DNA of 64,000 nucleotides from Eledone cirrhosa (GCA_964016885.1 OZ024742.1:25544001-25608000), one strand, 5' to 3'. Shown: positions 47,490 to 60,374, counted from the stretch's first letter. Notes: generated by a model not told the origin, from the letters alone. Program-made: numbers and translations.

Positions 47490-50420
47490 ACCTCTAAACT
47501 CTCTCAAAATGTTTAGTTTAAACGCTGTCAAATCTAGTACCTAGTGCGCCTATGACAATCGGGACCACTTTGACTTCATGGCAGTTACAAAGCTTTTTAC
47601 CTCCCACTTTATGTCCTGGTATCGGTTAATTTTCTCCCTCTCCTTCTCTTGCACTCTCGCGTCGTATGGGCAGGCCACATCCACAATCAGGCACGATCTT
47701 TTTTCCTTGTCCAAAACCACCAGGTCAGGTCTATTGTGTTCCAGCTACTTGTCCGTCTGTATCCTAAAATCCCACAGCACCTTCATCTGATCATTTTCTA
47801 TCACCGACTCTGGCTTATGCTCATACTACTTCTCAGAATGTGGTAAATTGTTTACTTTGCACAGGTGCCAGTGGATCACCCTGCCCATCACACATGTCTC
47901 CAGCCTTTATAGTGAGTCTTGGCTAGGTGTTTACACTCGGATAAAATGTGAGCCACAGTCTCCTCTCTCTCTCCACAGATCCTGCACAGTGGGCTAGCCT
48001 CCTCCTTGTAAATATGGTGTTTCAACCACTTCGTTTTGAGGGCCTGCTCTTGCGCAGCCATTAACATTCCTTCTGTAGCCTTTTTAAGGTCAGCTCTTTT
48101 CAACCATTTCCATGTCTGTGGATCTCTGAATTCAGTTTTCTCAAAGAAGGTACTATGAAGGGATTTTTCCTGAAGGCTGCTCTTTCTCCATGTTGTTATT
48201 TCCTCCCTGGACATCCCCTGGTCTATTGTCCTCTCCTTCAGTACAGTTCTGAGCATTGGCTGCTTACTATCAGTCACGTATTTGTGTAGGTTGTTTTTCT
48301 TCATCTGAACACAGTCCTCTATGGTGATAAGACCTCTTCCACCTTCAGATCTCCTTAAGATCGTCCATGAAGAGGAGGTGAATGATGGTAAGCTCTCCCT
48401 TTCCCAACTTGTATCCTGCTCTCACTTTTCGCAGTATAATGGTAAGGGGCATCAGGGCAAGGACAAACAACAGAGGGGACAGACTATCTCCCTGGAAGAT
48501 ACCTCTCTTGATCTTCACGCCTCCCAAGGATTCTCCAGCTGATGCTAACTCTGTTTCCCAGGACTTCATACTTTTGCCCAACAACTGTCTGATGTTATCT
48601 GCCACCTTTAAGATCTCTAGGCTTTTGGTGATCCAAGAATAAGGCACCATGTCAAATGCCTTTTTGTTGTCTATCCATCCCATGGCAAGACCAGTGTGTC
48701 TCCTCTTGCAATTCCTCATTACCATCTTATCAATAAGTAACTGGTCCTTTGTACCACGGGACTTCTTTCGGCATCCTTTCTGTTCGTCCGCTAACAAGTT
48801 GTTTGTGTGGAGGTGATGGTAGATTTCCTCAGACATAATGCTTGTCAACAGTTTCCACATTACGGACAGGCATCTGGTAGGTCTAGAGTTGGTAACATCA
48901 TTACCCTTGATTCGGTCCTTCATTACCAGAACTGTGGTACCTTTTGTCAACCACTCTGGTACCCCACCTGACATCAAGCAGTCATTGAACATGGTTGTCA
49001 GTTTCGGGTGGAGGAATGTTATATTTTTAATCCAATACCCCTGCACACCATCTGGTGATTTCCAGTTGGTTTATTTTTTTGGCCTGCCCCTTAAGAGTTT
49101 CAACTGTTATACTCAAGTCAGTTTGTTGGTGTGCCTGTTCACTAATCTCCTTCTGTACTGTCTCAATCCACACTGCCTGGTCATTATGTTTAACATCCTG
49201 CTCCCATATTCCTCCCCAGAATGTTTTAGTTTGTTCCGCCTCAGGGATCAAGTCGTTGCCTCTTTCTTTCCCCTCAAGCTGTCCAAACAGCATGTTCTGG
49301 TTGTTGTCAAACATGCGGTTCTGTCTATACTGACTGACTCTGATCTCGTATCGCCTAATTTGTGTACTCTTTGCTACAATGCGTTGCTTCAGTTCCTCTA
49401 TGATAATATTTAGCTTTTTCCTCCTAGTTTTGTACTTTATTTCCAGTCTATTTTTAGTGTCTATGTTTTTTAGTGTCCCATTCAGTAGGGACTCAAGCTT
49501 TCCAATGTCAGTTCTCATTTCCCTGATTTGACCACTCAGTCGTTTCTTCCACCAAGGCTCTGCTCTTTCTTGTTTGCTGTTTCCTCTCGCTTTTATACCA
49601 AGTAATTTCCTCACCGCATATGTTGTTGCTTTGAGGATGTTGTTGCACTGGTGAAGGCTCCTCGCCTCAAGGTATGGGATGACTTTGTTTACCTTAGCTG
49701 TTGTTTCTTTTAACTTTTTCCTGTCTACAAATCTTAGGTTCATAGGTTTCACACTATCATTGTTCAATTCATCTACCACTAAGTTTAGGATATCAACCAA
49801 ATCTTGTCCTAGCCCGTCAGCATTCATCTCCTCAATGGCCGTATCTTTGTTCCAGGTATTATTTATTTCAGCATTCAGATCATTGTCTGCTTCGGATGGT
49901 TCCTCCGTTCTCTCACCCTCTTCACCTTCATTTCCCACTGGTTCGTTTGCCTGGCATACTCCACTCTCCATTTCCAAGCTAATCTCTCTGCTCAGTTCCT
50001 CCAGTTCCAGCTCGCTTATCCACCCATTAGTTCTTATTACCCGAGCCTGCCCGGCCAATTTTTGTTCATCTAATTTAAATCGACCAATCTCGTTCCAGAT
50101 GTTATGCATCCGTTTCCTATAGCCTTTCTCCTTGGGGTTGCTCTTCAGGTAACATTGCATAACAGTTCTATTCAATTCTTTCGTCCAGTTTGTTCTGGTC
50201 CCTTTCCTTCTTCTTCTTCCTCCGGCACCAGCAGTATTTGGTTGACAGCCAGGTCCCTGCTGCTGAGCCAGGGAGCACCTGCTGGGTGAGAGTCTGTCAC
50301 ATGACATTCTAGTCTCCACTTCACCGTTATTCGAACTGTTTAGGTTCGACATTTAAACACTCTTATCGAGGATTGTTGAATGTATGGTTACATAACCACC
50401 GGTGATTTCATCACTCCCGG
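47490..50420 (-). mobile_element. Second R4/Dong-like LINE with its N-terminus retained, frameshifts and an internal deletion
   Basis: WTKELNRTVMQCY..GYRKRMH; EQKGCRKKSRGTKDQL, GIFQGDSLSPLLF, FMDDLK; AAQEQAL, CRICGEREETVAHILSEC. Confidence 0.92.
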
Positions 50421-50741
50421 TGATTTTTGTGTGGCACCATCACGCTGTAGACGAACATAGATAAACAAACAAACAGGCAAAAAAAATCCCAAAAAGAATA
50501 AGCATAAGTTTCATTGTAATGTAATGTTTGACTGTCTGACTTAGTTTTTGCCTTCCCTTCTCTGTCCGTCTGTTTATTTTTCTCTTCATTTTTCTTTTCT
50601 TTACGTTTTTCGTTGTTGCTGTGCTGCTTTGATTTTGATTTTTGGTTTTTTGATTTTTTTGACCGGGTCATCAATTCGGTCTATTTATATATTTCGATGC
50701 CTTCCTCTTTTAGTGGGGACACTACGATGCATGTGTTAGCG

Positions 50742-50878
50742 GGAGGTAGTGGGAGAGAATAGCGGCGGTAGTGATAATGAGGCAGTGGTGGTGGTGGTGG
50801 TGCTGTGCTAGTAGTACTTAGCAGGAGGTAGTGGGAGAGAATAGCGGCGTAGCGATAATGAGGCAGTGGTGGTGGTGA
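50742..50878. repeat. Local tandem duplication of ~57 bp (purine/GGT-rich)
   Basis: ggaggtagtgggagagaatagcggcg..tag.gataatgaggcagtggtggtggt occurs twice. Confidence 0.85.
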
Positions 50879-50954
50879 TGTGATCGTAGCACTGTAGTGA
50901 TGGTGTTGAAGTTGAGGCAACTTGACCAGAGTTTTTAGCGTGGTAGTGGTGGTG

Positions 50955-50994
<40 letters not shown>

Positions 50995-51461
50995 GTAGTA
51001 GTAGTAGTAGTAGTAGTAAATATGATTTGTGCATATACCGCGGAAGAGATGGATTGAAAATAACATTTAATGTAGTTTGAAAATAAGAATAAAATTTAAA
51101 TTAATTATACATAAACTAAATTGGGAGAGGAAAGCGGTTTCTCCTTAAGTGAAATACAAAACATAATAAACTAGAAAATAAAGAAATTGCCAACTATTGA
51201 ATGGTATTGTGTGAATACTACTTTAAAGAGACAATATTGTAATCATTTGTGGCTAAACATTGATCCAAAACTTCGTTGCCAATGGCCAAACTAGACATTT
51301 GTACAATGATAAGAACAATACAGCAACAATCTTGCTAAATAATATTAATGTGTTTAACAGAACTATGACACTTTTAATTCAATGAGAGGAACAGTTTTGT
51401 TTTCAACTGAAGAAAACATATAATTGTTTTTGGACCTATAATTGTTTTGTATTGGGTATCT

Positions 51462-51795
51462 GCCAGTTCCGATGACGAGTGGTTTCTGTTGTGTAACGGA
51501 TCTGCTTGCTCGTGAGATTTACTCGCAAGTGGCTGAACATTCCACATATATGTGCATCCTTAAAAAAGTTCTTAGGGTGATTAAGTGTTAGATAGTATAT
51601 ACCAAAACCAGCCCTTTGAGTGACAAGTACAGTCCATCGGACAGGCTTCCACACAGTTTCCGTATACACAGATTCACTCATAAGGCAAGGGCTGACCTAA
51701 GGCTATGCTAAATGACAACTTCCCAAGATATCATATCAGTGGGATCGAACCCGGACCCTAAAGAGGGTGAAATAATCTTCTTAAACATTCAGACA
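51462..51795 (-). mobile_element. Second SINE family, degenerate; related fragments near 29400-29830
   Basis: Minus-strand B-box GGTTCGATCCC near 51741-51751; body motif ctgcttg..gtga.att.a...g...gtggctga shared with the 29470 region. Confidence 0.55.
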
Positions 51796-54127
51796 TGCTG
51801 CGTCATATTAGAATATCAAAAGATTACTGGCTACCAAGAATCGAAACGAAAGTCTTAATAAATCTGAGAAAGATTCACTTGAAAAGTAAATCAACAGGTC
51901 TGTTCTAAATAAGCATCTGTATTTTGTCGTGGGAGAAAATATTCGCTTCAGTAGTGAGAGCCCCGGATTACTGACTACTACGAATGGAAACAAAAATCTT
52001 TATAAACATGAGAAAAGTTTCAGAGTGGGGAATTCTAAAGATGTATATTGTGAATACGACAAAATCTCAAAGGTAGAAATGATTCAATATTTATTTATTG
52101 AGATATATTTCTATTTGATGTCGCGATAAGACACAAACATTTTGAAATATTATTTGAATATTTCCTTGTATGTATATGTCTAAATTTACTTCGTTGTCGG
52201 TGTTGTTGGTGGTGGTGGTATCTTTATATTGATATAAACAGGAAGGGCAATTCCAAAAACGATCTCTGTGAGAGTCTACCTAAGGAAGAGCTAGCAGAGG
52301 ACGAGAAGCCAAGGTCACATTTTTACGACATAAACTGCATTCCCTTTAACTGGCCAAACATGAGGAACAATAGAATTGTATGGTGACAGAGTGTCAAGTG
52401 AATCCATCCAAGCAGTGTGACGTATTGATTGATTGATTGAAGAGCAATATATTGTTAACTATCTCGCGGATATGGTGAAAGTGGTTCTGTTGTGTGCGTT
52501 ATTTAAAGGACAAAACACAGGTACTCTCCGCTTTGATTAAGCCCTCATAGACGGTCTTTTTACTTTCACTTGAAAAGTAAATTTTGGGTATCTGAGAGTG
52601 GTGAGCATGATCGAACTGAACGTGTCTGTTCTGAGTAAGCCCATGAAATTTAGAGCAGGACAACTGAAGAAAACAATCTGTTGCCTCAGTAATGAAAGTG
52701 TCAGTGGCATTTTGTAAGGTTTTCCACGATTGGATTTGGAAAGTCTCCCCATTATTTCGGAATTTTCTTTGTTTGATTTTATTATTACTCGTTTTATTTT
52801 TTGCTTTGTTAACTCACATTTTCACGTTTTCAAGTAAACACACATTGAACCGTCTTATACTCTCCCTAATCCTTTTGTAAACCCTTGTGCTAAAAGTAGA
52901 AATCATAATTTCGGTTTGGATAAAGCAAGTATGTATATGCTTGTTAAAGTAAAATTATTTTTATGATGCATGTCTTTACCTCGTTGTATGATTATGCTTG
53001 CGTGTGTGTATGTTTGTGTCAGTGTGTTGCGTTTATTTGTATAAAGATGTGTGAGAGTACCTTTGAGACTATATGTATGTGTTCGATATATGTTTGGGAT
53101 TTTTTCTTTAACGTTTGTTTATCAACCTATAGTAACATCCTTACTACATTTTTCTGACACCTTCTCCAAAACTGGAACATCTAATACGAAGTTAATGTTA
53201 AACGAGTTCAGCAATTCCAGGAAATCTTTTGAAGTACAAAGAGAAAAATAATACTGAGTTACTCTTTGAAAACAGGCACTCTAAGACAATTACTTTAATG
53301 TCTTATACACAAAGAGTTATCTTCCTAAAGACTTTTTATTCAACATGTTGTTTAAAAGTTTAACAAGCTTCTCTATCATTCTTTCAGGAAGGAAATGTTA
53401 GAAGATAGAACAGCTAAAATTTAAAACAACAACAACAATATTCCTCTGATATTATACATTGTATTTCATCAGAAAAAAAAACAAAAAAAAATCAAAAATA
53501 CATTTCCTGACCTTATTTGATTTTTAAAAATCTACAAGACATTTCCTGTTATTTGAAAGTAAAAATAGAAAATTCATAAAGTGAGAAATGACTTGTAGTA
53601 CGTTAGAAAATAATGTTTCTAGGCAGGAAACTATTGTGTGATCCTCTTTTGTTTCAGTACAACTGCAAGCTGTCTCCAGTTATATAGCCGTGTTAACTCA
53701 TGTTTCCAGGAAGTATGTTCCTGTTGACTTGACACAATCTTAAATAAAGCTGTCGTGTTTCCACTCCTACTCAACAACTAATACAAAGAAGAACACGAAA
53801 AGTTAAAACTAAAACAAGGAATAGCAGAGAGAATAAGGCGACCGACAGATATAGAGGTGAAATAAAAATGAAATTCTCAAAGAAACTAGGATTCTTTAAA
53901 ATATATATATTTAGAGGAATAAAAAAACAAACTAAAAAATCACGTATACATAACAAAAAGGAAAGAGGTTATGAAGGAAAGAAGAATTTTGTAACAATTT
54001 AACTCTGAGTATAGTACACACGATTATCTATCTATCAATCTATCACTATCTCTTTTCTTTCACCTTCTTCCCTCTTTACTTCGAACACTCTCAATGCTTC
54101 TCCCTCACCTCTTTGTCTTTCTATATA

Positions 54128-54486
54128 CTAGCTGACGTATCCAGCTTCGCCCGGGTAAACAGATGATGAGAGAAGACAGGTAAAAGAGAAAATGACTGTA
54201 TTGGATGTTTGTCTGGTTACAGTATGAGGCGAATCCGTGGTGTCTGTGAGATACAAAAAAAGAGTAAAAAACCTCTTCCAGATATACCACAACTTCGTTG
54301 TACCGTTTGCGCATAGTATATGAACAATTCTAGGTGCTCCCACCTAGAATAGTGACCTCTAGGAGATGGTTCATCTTCTGCCTGACTGTAAAATGTGTAT
54401 CATTGCATAGATGTGGTTGTTCCACGTTTCTCAAAAGGATGATGGAAGTTCCAATCTTTTATATTATATGTAGATATAGATATAGA
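54128..54486 (-). mobile_element. Non-autonomous Helitron
   Basis: Minus strand starts A|TCTATAT.. and ends with the GC hairpin ccgggcgaagctgg followed by ..CAGCTAG|T; A/T insertion site, no TSD. Confidence 0.75.
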
Positions 54487-55030
54487 TAATTAATATAAAA
54501 GATGTCCGTCAATGTAAAAAAGGTCCTTATTTACTCCCTTCACAACTCTGTGATAAACTGCGTGGTGATTGTAGGATGCCGCACGTACACACACATACAC
54601 GCATGGAAACGCGCACAAGCACGCAAACTTACACTCGTACCCGTGCACTTACACACACGCACACACTCACATGTTCATAGTTTTTACTCTCTGTGGAAGG
54701 CTGCACGCATGCACACACACATAAACACACGCACACGTACATACACACGCACACATGTTAATAGTTATTGCTTTCCTTCCCCTCTTATTTCCACACACAT
54801 CACACACGCACATGTCTCTACACTAACACATATACATAGTGTATCCAAACCCAGCGTTCACTTTGCCTCCCCCACCCCCCTCACTTTCTTATTGGCATTA
54901 TGCATATTAATTTAAGTTTGGCGTTGTTGAGGTGGGCGGAGTCGTTTGAAACCTATGAACCAATGATAATCGAGAATTATGACACACGGAATACTGACAT
55001 TGTTGAAATTAATATATAGATATATATATA

Positions 55031-55145
55031 TAACAAAGAAATTGTGGTAAGGAACCAGGTGGACCATACGCACCGGAATATTCGATACTTAGGGAGGTAG
55101 AGTAGGTAATAGGAAAAGTCGTCGGGGTCCCGACTCTTTTCCTAT
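55031..55145 (-). mobile_element. Hairpin+tail mini-element, family C (37-bp hairpin)
   Basis: Hairpin 55109-55145; tail homologous to 62124-62201; (TA)n on both flanks. Confidence 0.8.
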
Positions 55146-55450
55146 ATATGTATATATATATATAAAGGATAACAAAATATCGTTATAGGTAATCTAGTTA
55201 GAGGTTGTGAATACTTCTTATGGATAGTTTTAGCGTACGGCGTTGTTTGACTAAACAAGAGGTTTACGTAGATGACGAGTTTATGATTTCACTAGTATTC
55301 CTATGTAAGTTTATCTTGGAGTAATAAAATTGAACAAGTGGAGAATAACATGGTCAACAGTACAAAAAAGGGATTTATTTACAGTCTAACAATTGTTTCA
55401 CTGATAAAGATGTCTAAAAATTGCTGAACACTAGAAGCAGTGCCACTCAA

Positions 55451-55686
55451 CGACTCTCGTCAATAAAATCTGGCAACTCAAAGATGCAAACATGGAATAT
55501 ATAATCAGCTGGACGAAGCTATCAAAAACCACGGCCTATCAAATTGGTACGTCCCATTGCAGTCTCTGTAATATGGAATTTTTCCAAATTTTAAATTACA
55601 ACAAAATTCTTCTTAGTAAAATTGAAAGAACTATATTTTGTCGACATAAATCGACAACCAAATTTAAGAACTTTAGACCAGCTTAA
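55451..55686 (+). pseudogene. PLE GIY-YIG domain C-terminal remnant
   Basis: TLVNKIWQLKDANMEYIISW...CSLCNMEFFQIL...FCRH aligns to PLE1 [21 protein letters not shown]...[12 protein letters not shown]...CCPH. Confidence 0.85.
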
Positions 55687-56579
55687 TTCCGTCTTATCTC
55701 ATCCATAACCGAGATTGTACCACTTGGATCTATTATGATATCACATTATTAGCATCATCATCATTATGATTATGATTATAATTATAATTGTCACCATGTA
55801 TCAAAGAACAATATCAAAACCTCTTATATTTACATTCTTATTTTATATATCTATATCTTTCACTCTCTATCTTTATATTTCTCTCCCTAATTTTATTTCA
55901 TCTCTGTCATTCTATTTTATCATATAATATAACTTAAAGCTAATTAATTAATTTATTTATTAAAATAACCAATACACACATAAATATATTTAATATTATC
56001 ATATTTTTACCTTCATATCTCTCCATATATTCTAACAACTCTCAAAAACCACTCTCAATAATTTTAATATGTTTAAATATTTTTCGCAAATTTTTACTTC
56101 TCTTGCGTAGTTATTTTCTTTTTTCAATTTTCACATTTTATACCATTTTATATCACATTAGATGTAATTTATTTATTTATTTATTTATTTATCAATTTTT
56201 TATATATTTTTTATATAATTATTTTTAATTTTATTTACATTTATTCATATATTAACGTTTATTCATTTATTTTCCCCTCTATTCTTCTTTCTATCCTACG
56301 TTATTTTTACTTATGCTTGTCTCTCCTCCATCATCATTTTCTATATATTTTCTTCTCTATATATGTTTTTTCTCTATAATAATTTCTCCTTTATCTTCTT
56401 TTTTCTCTTTCTCTTTCTCTTTTTCTTTTTCCTTCTTTTTTTCTTTTTTCTTTCCTTTCTTTCTTTACTGTAACTATCTCCTTTTCTTCCTTCTTTTCTT
56501 TCTATATCTATATTATTTATATTACTATTGATGATGTAATTTGAATTTGTAAATTGGCCGGTTAGATATATTTTCAATA

Positions 56580-56691
56580 ACAGTTTCCGAAGATCTGATC
56601 GAGGTAACATCGTATTTAAAATTGAGTGGCACTGCTTCTAGTGTTCAGCAATTTTTAGACATCTTTATCAGTGAAACAATTGTTAGACTGT
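56580..56691 (+). ncRNA. Hammerhead-like motif with CCGAAGA core and ~80-nt stem II
   Basis: ACAGTTT-CCGAAGA-t ctgat...atcag t-GAAA-CAATTG-TT-AGACTGT. Confidence 0.65.
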
Positions 56692-57372
56692 AAATAAATC
56701 CCCTTTTTTGTACTGTTGACCATGTTAGTCACCACGTTTTCAATTTTATATATATATATAAAAATAGATGAAATATATGGAGAATAGAAATGGCTGTGTA
56801 GTTACTATTTAAGGTAACTTAAAATGCAGTGGGAATACGAAGAAAGCAAAATGAGGGGGGGGGGGGGGGCAGTTTTCCTCATCAGTTGTCTACTGGGGGT
56901 CTAGGATATTTCTACGCTTTAAAGACAAGATACCACTTCACCCCAGGGCGTCATTAAGTGGATAAGTTATTGGGAAAACGAAGGAAGGAGGGAAGGAAAG
57001 CAAAGGAGAAGAAAAGAGAAACAGTAACAAAACAGCGAAAAAAACACAAACCGAGTAATGTGCGACCAACTATAGGTAGGAAATCCAAGACCACACACAC
57101 ATATATACACACACACACACACACATCCCCCCCCCCCCACACATATATATATACAGTATGTCCACACATTACTAACATCCTACTTAGGAATTTCCGCAGA
57201 TACGAACAGTCTCACGATGAAAAAGTAATCGTTGCTTTGTTGTTTTATTCCGTAGTGGGTACGCTTTTGTGTATATAGTTTATATGAAACTTCATACGTG
57301 CAACATGTATGAGTGACGTTGGCGGTATTAAAAGTAGCCTCCCTCGTCAGGCGCATATATATATATATACAT

Positions 57373-57412
<40 letters not shown>

Positions 57413-57623
57413 AAAATGTATATTAGTTTCACGTTCAATATGGTAGGAAAGGTCTTAAAGTTTTGGACGTTACTCCTTCATGTGAAAATAGAATGAGAGA
57501 TTAAAGACGAAATATAAGTAGCGGGTGTAGGAACAAAAGAACACAAAACACTTTCTCAACGACAGGTCTCTTTATTTTGTCATCTTTACGAACGGCTATT
57601 GTGTAGGCAGTTCACAAGTGTTC

Positions 57624-57691
<68 letters not shown>

Positions 57692-57698
<7 letters not shown>

Positions 57699-57930
57699 TG
57701 TAAAGATTTTGCTTTCAATCCTCAGAATGAAAAAATCCTGTCTGTTTATTGAATTCAATAAACAGACCAGGATTTTTTCATTCTGAGGATTGAAAGCAAA
57801 ATCTTTTGCTTTAAAGAAACCACTGGTAAATGGAATAATTGCCTTACGTTGTTTATTACATAACTATTAAGTCTGTTACCTACATAGAGCACTCTTTTTT
57901 CCTGGACTTTTCCGACGGAATTACTTCATT
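57692..57930 (+). mobile_element. Family A fold-back mini-element in (TA)n
   Basis: Palindrome 57702-57806 centred on GAATTC (57751-57756); 57748-57862 is highly similar to the reverse complement of 1513-1623. Confidence 0.85.
57776..57835 (+). ncRNA. Type I hammerhead ribozyme (family A)
   Basis: TTTCATT-CTGAGGA-ttgaaagcaaaa tc ttttgctttaaa-GAAA-ccactgg-TA-AATGGAA. Confidence 0.87.
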
Positions 57931-57964
57931 TATATATATATATATATATACATATATATATTTA

Positions 57965-58008
<44 letters not shown>

Positions 58009-58186
58009 TATATTTATGTATGTGTGTGTATATATATATATATATATACAGAGAGAGAGAGGGAGAGAGAGGTAGAGAGGGAGAGAGAGGTAAAGAGGGA
58101 GAGAGAGAGTACGCTGAGATGCAACAAGCAGGGGAAACTTATGCTACTCCCATTAACCTCCTTTTATATGTATATGGGCGGTGGAT

Positions 58187-58339
58187 TGGCAGTATCGGTA
58201 GAGAGTCGGATGCCATGCTTTGACGCATAGAGTTACGGCCCTTGCCATTCTGAGTTCAAATCCCCCTACGGGGTCGATAAAATAAAGTACCAGTAATGCA
58301 CTGGCTATTTGCTGACCTTGTGCCAAATGTAGAAACAAT

Positions 58340-58341
<2 letters not shown>
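58187..58341 (+). mobile_element. SINE copy with an internal deletion
   Basis: TGGCAGTATCGGTAGAG, GAGTTCAAATCC, ggggtcgataaaataaagtaccagt. Confidence 0.88.
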
Positions 58342-58408
<67 letters not shown>

Positions 58409-58453
58409 CCAATGATATTAAATAAATGGAAACTATATTTATAAAAGCATATT

Positions 58454-58518
58454 TATTTTATTATATATATTTCAAAGGCAACCAAGACAATATTGGTATG
58501 CTTTCATCAGATAAAATA
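58454..58518 (-). ncRNA. Type I hammerhead ribozyme (family B)
   Basis: Minus: TATTTTAT-CTGATGA-aagcataccaa tattgtc ttggttgccttt-GAAA-TATATA-TA-ATAAAATA. Confidence 0.85.
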
Positions 58519-58600
58519 CAAAGTTTGTTTTATAAATAGAGACGTACCCATGAAAATCATACCTTATCGGTTGGAAATTCACTGGGTAGTAATATATATT

Positions 58601-58667
58601 GTATTTTATCTGATGAAAGCGTACCAATGGTCTCTTGGTTGCCCTTGAAATATATATAATAAAATAC
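58601..58667 (+). ncRNA. Type I hammerhead ribozyme (family B)
   Basis: GTATTTTAT-CTGATGA-aagcgtaccaa tggtctc ttggttgccctt-GAAA-TATATA-TA-ATAAAATAC: 9-bp stem I. Confidence 0.87.
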
Positions 58668-58798
58668 ATATGGTTTATAAATATAGTTTCCATTTATTTA
58701 ATATCATTGAATATTTACTCCAGTAACCGATGAGTGCTCTAAATCAGTTATAAACATTTATGTCTGTCGGACTTCCAACAAATTAAATACAACTTCTA

Positions 58799-58853
<55 letters not shown>

Positions 58854-58862
<9 letters not shown>

Positions 58863-59025
58863 TTTGGAACCCCAACAGCTGAGCTCCGGCATTTCAACAG
58901 CTAGATCCGAGCCCGGAGCTCAGCCGTTGGAGTCCCGAATATTTCATATTACCCACTCTAATACGCCAAGTATCGAGAACTCTGGTGAGTAATGGTCTAA
59001 CTGCTTTTTACAGCCTTTATTCTGA
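58854..59025 (+). mobile_element. Hairpin+tail mini-element, family C (96-bp hairpin)
   Basis: Hairpin 58854-58949; tail tacccactcta...caagtatcgag..ct.tggtg. Confidence 0.8.
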
Positions 59026-59336
59026 TATATATATAACTTTCAGGCCCTTGCAAGTGGATTTTGTTCGTTTCGGATTTACAGAAACCTAGCGGAGATATTG
59101 TATAATATCAATGCGATGATCCAGATCTGCCATATTTTTGCTGAGTCAGTTTTCTTTTCGTTGCTTTGGTCACCGCGGCTCGCTTATCGGTCGCTGTCTT
59201 CAATTTGTAAAGCTGTCTAAACGTAATGTTATAACTCTATGTTAAAATACCCTATTGAATGCTTAGCTGCACATCCCGACTACATTCGTTAGTTTAGCTG
59301 CAACCAGAGCTTTGATTATGCTGCACTTCCTTTTTG

Positions 59337-59398
<62 letters not shown>

Positions 59399-60206
59399 TA
59401 TTGAAGTTTGCTTGAAGCATTGTGGAATATATAAGGTAAATTTCTTTAAGTCGTTTGGAAGCCTCGACAATGCAGATGGGTAAATCTCCGGGTAACAAGA
59501 TCCGGTGGTGGAGAGAGAGATGTATTTATATATCTATACATATATATATTATATATATCTATATATATATATATTAGAAAGATCGAGTATCGAAAAATCG
59601 GCGCACGAGTTCACGATAAACAAAATTCGAAATGAGCGGCAGAGGGCTCAATAATTCAGATGAATCAGAGCTATAACTATCGTTAAAATACCGTCACATA
59701 TAGAACAAGTCTACAATCAACCATACGATAAAAAATCGATAATAGAAGATTCGGGACAAACAGATAAAAAATATCAATAAAACAATACATCAATAATTTA
59801 AATAAATGTAAAATCATACCCGGACCCGCTAGAAAGGTGTTAAATCTAGCTTCATGGGTTTCTGTAAATCCTTAGACTGTACTCTATCAGCTCACATATA
59901 AATATAAAAGCCTACTAGAGTAAGCGGAACGGAGTTTACTTTTTCAACGAGCTTTTTTCCTAGCGGAAAAGGGGCTAACTACGAGTGAAAAACGCACATG
60001 GCATTAGACAAGGGAGATAACCTCTATATCCGCGAAAACAATTCGAGGGAATGTGGAAATACACATATCGAATAAGAGTGCTCAATAGACATGTTAAAAT
60101 AAAACAAAAGCTATTCATCACTCAATAGAATCGACAAAAAATGAGCAATAAAATTAACTGGTGGATAGCTATGTCCAGAGCTAAAAATATTAGAAAGATC
60201 GATATA

Positions 60207-60261
<55 letters not shown>

Positions 60262-60323
60262 TATAACGAGCCAGATAATTAGATATCGCCTAGTATCGCC
60301 GTTTTCCACAGTCAATGATATGC

Positions 60324-60374
<51 letters not shown>

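Larger units (their letters stand above)
55165..56749 (+). mobile_element. PLE3: heavily 5'-truncated PLE with inverted arms 55324-55450 and 56622-56749
   Basis: The ~127-bp arms are reverse complements; GIY-YIG C-terminal remnant inside; HHR in the right pLTR. Confidence 0.85.
58410..58800 (+). mobile_element. Family B non-coding fold-back element (miniature relative of PLE2)
   Basis: Arms 58410-58521 and 58599-58709; tail 58710-58800 similar to 23584-23670. Confidence 0.87.

Noticed and set aside
53658-53712. Possible small exon (tttcag ... gtatgt)
   Set aside because: No recognisable peptide or partner exons; needs RNA-seq.
54490-55020. Second Helitron/Helentron-like element
   Set aside because: Only a TCTATAT-like end is visible; no convincing 3' hairpin or CTRR terminus.
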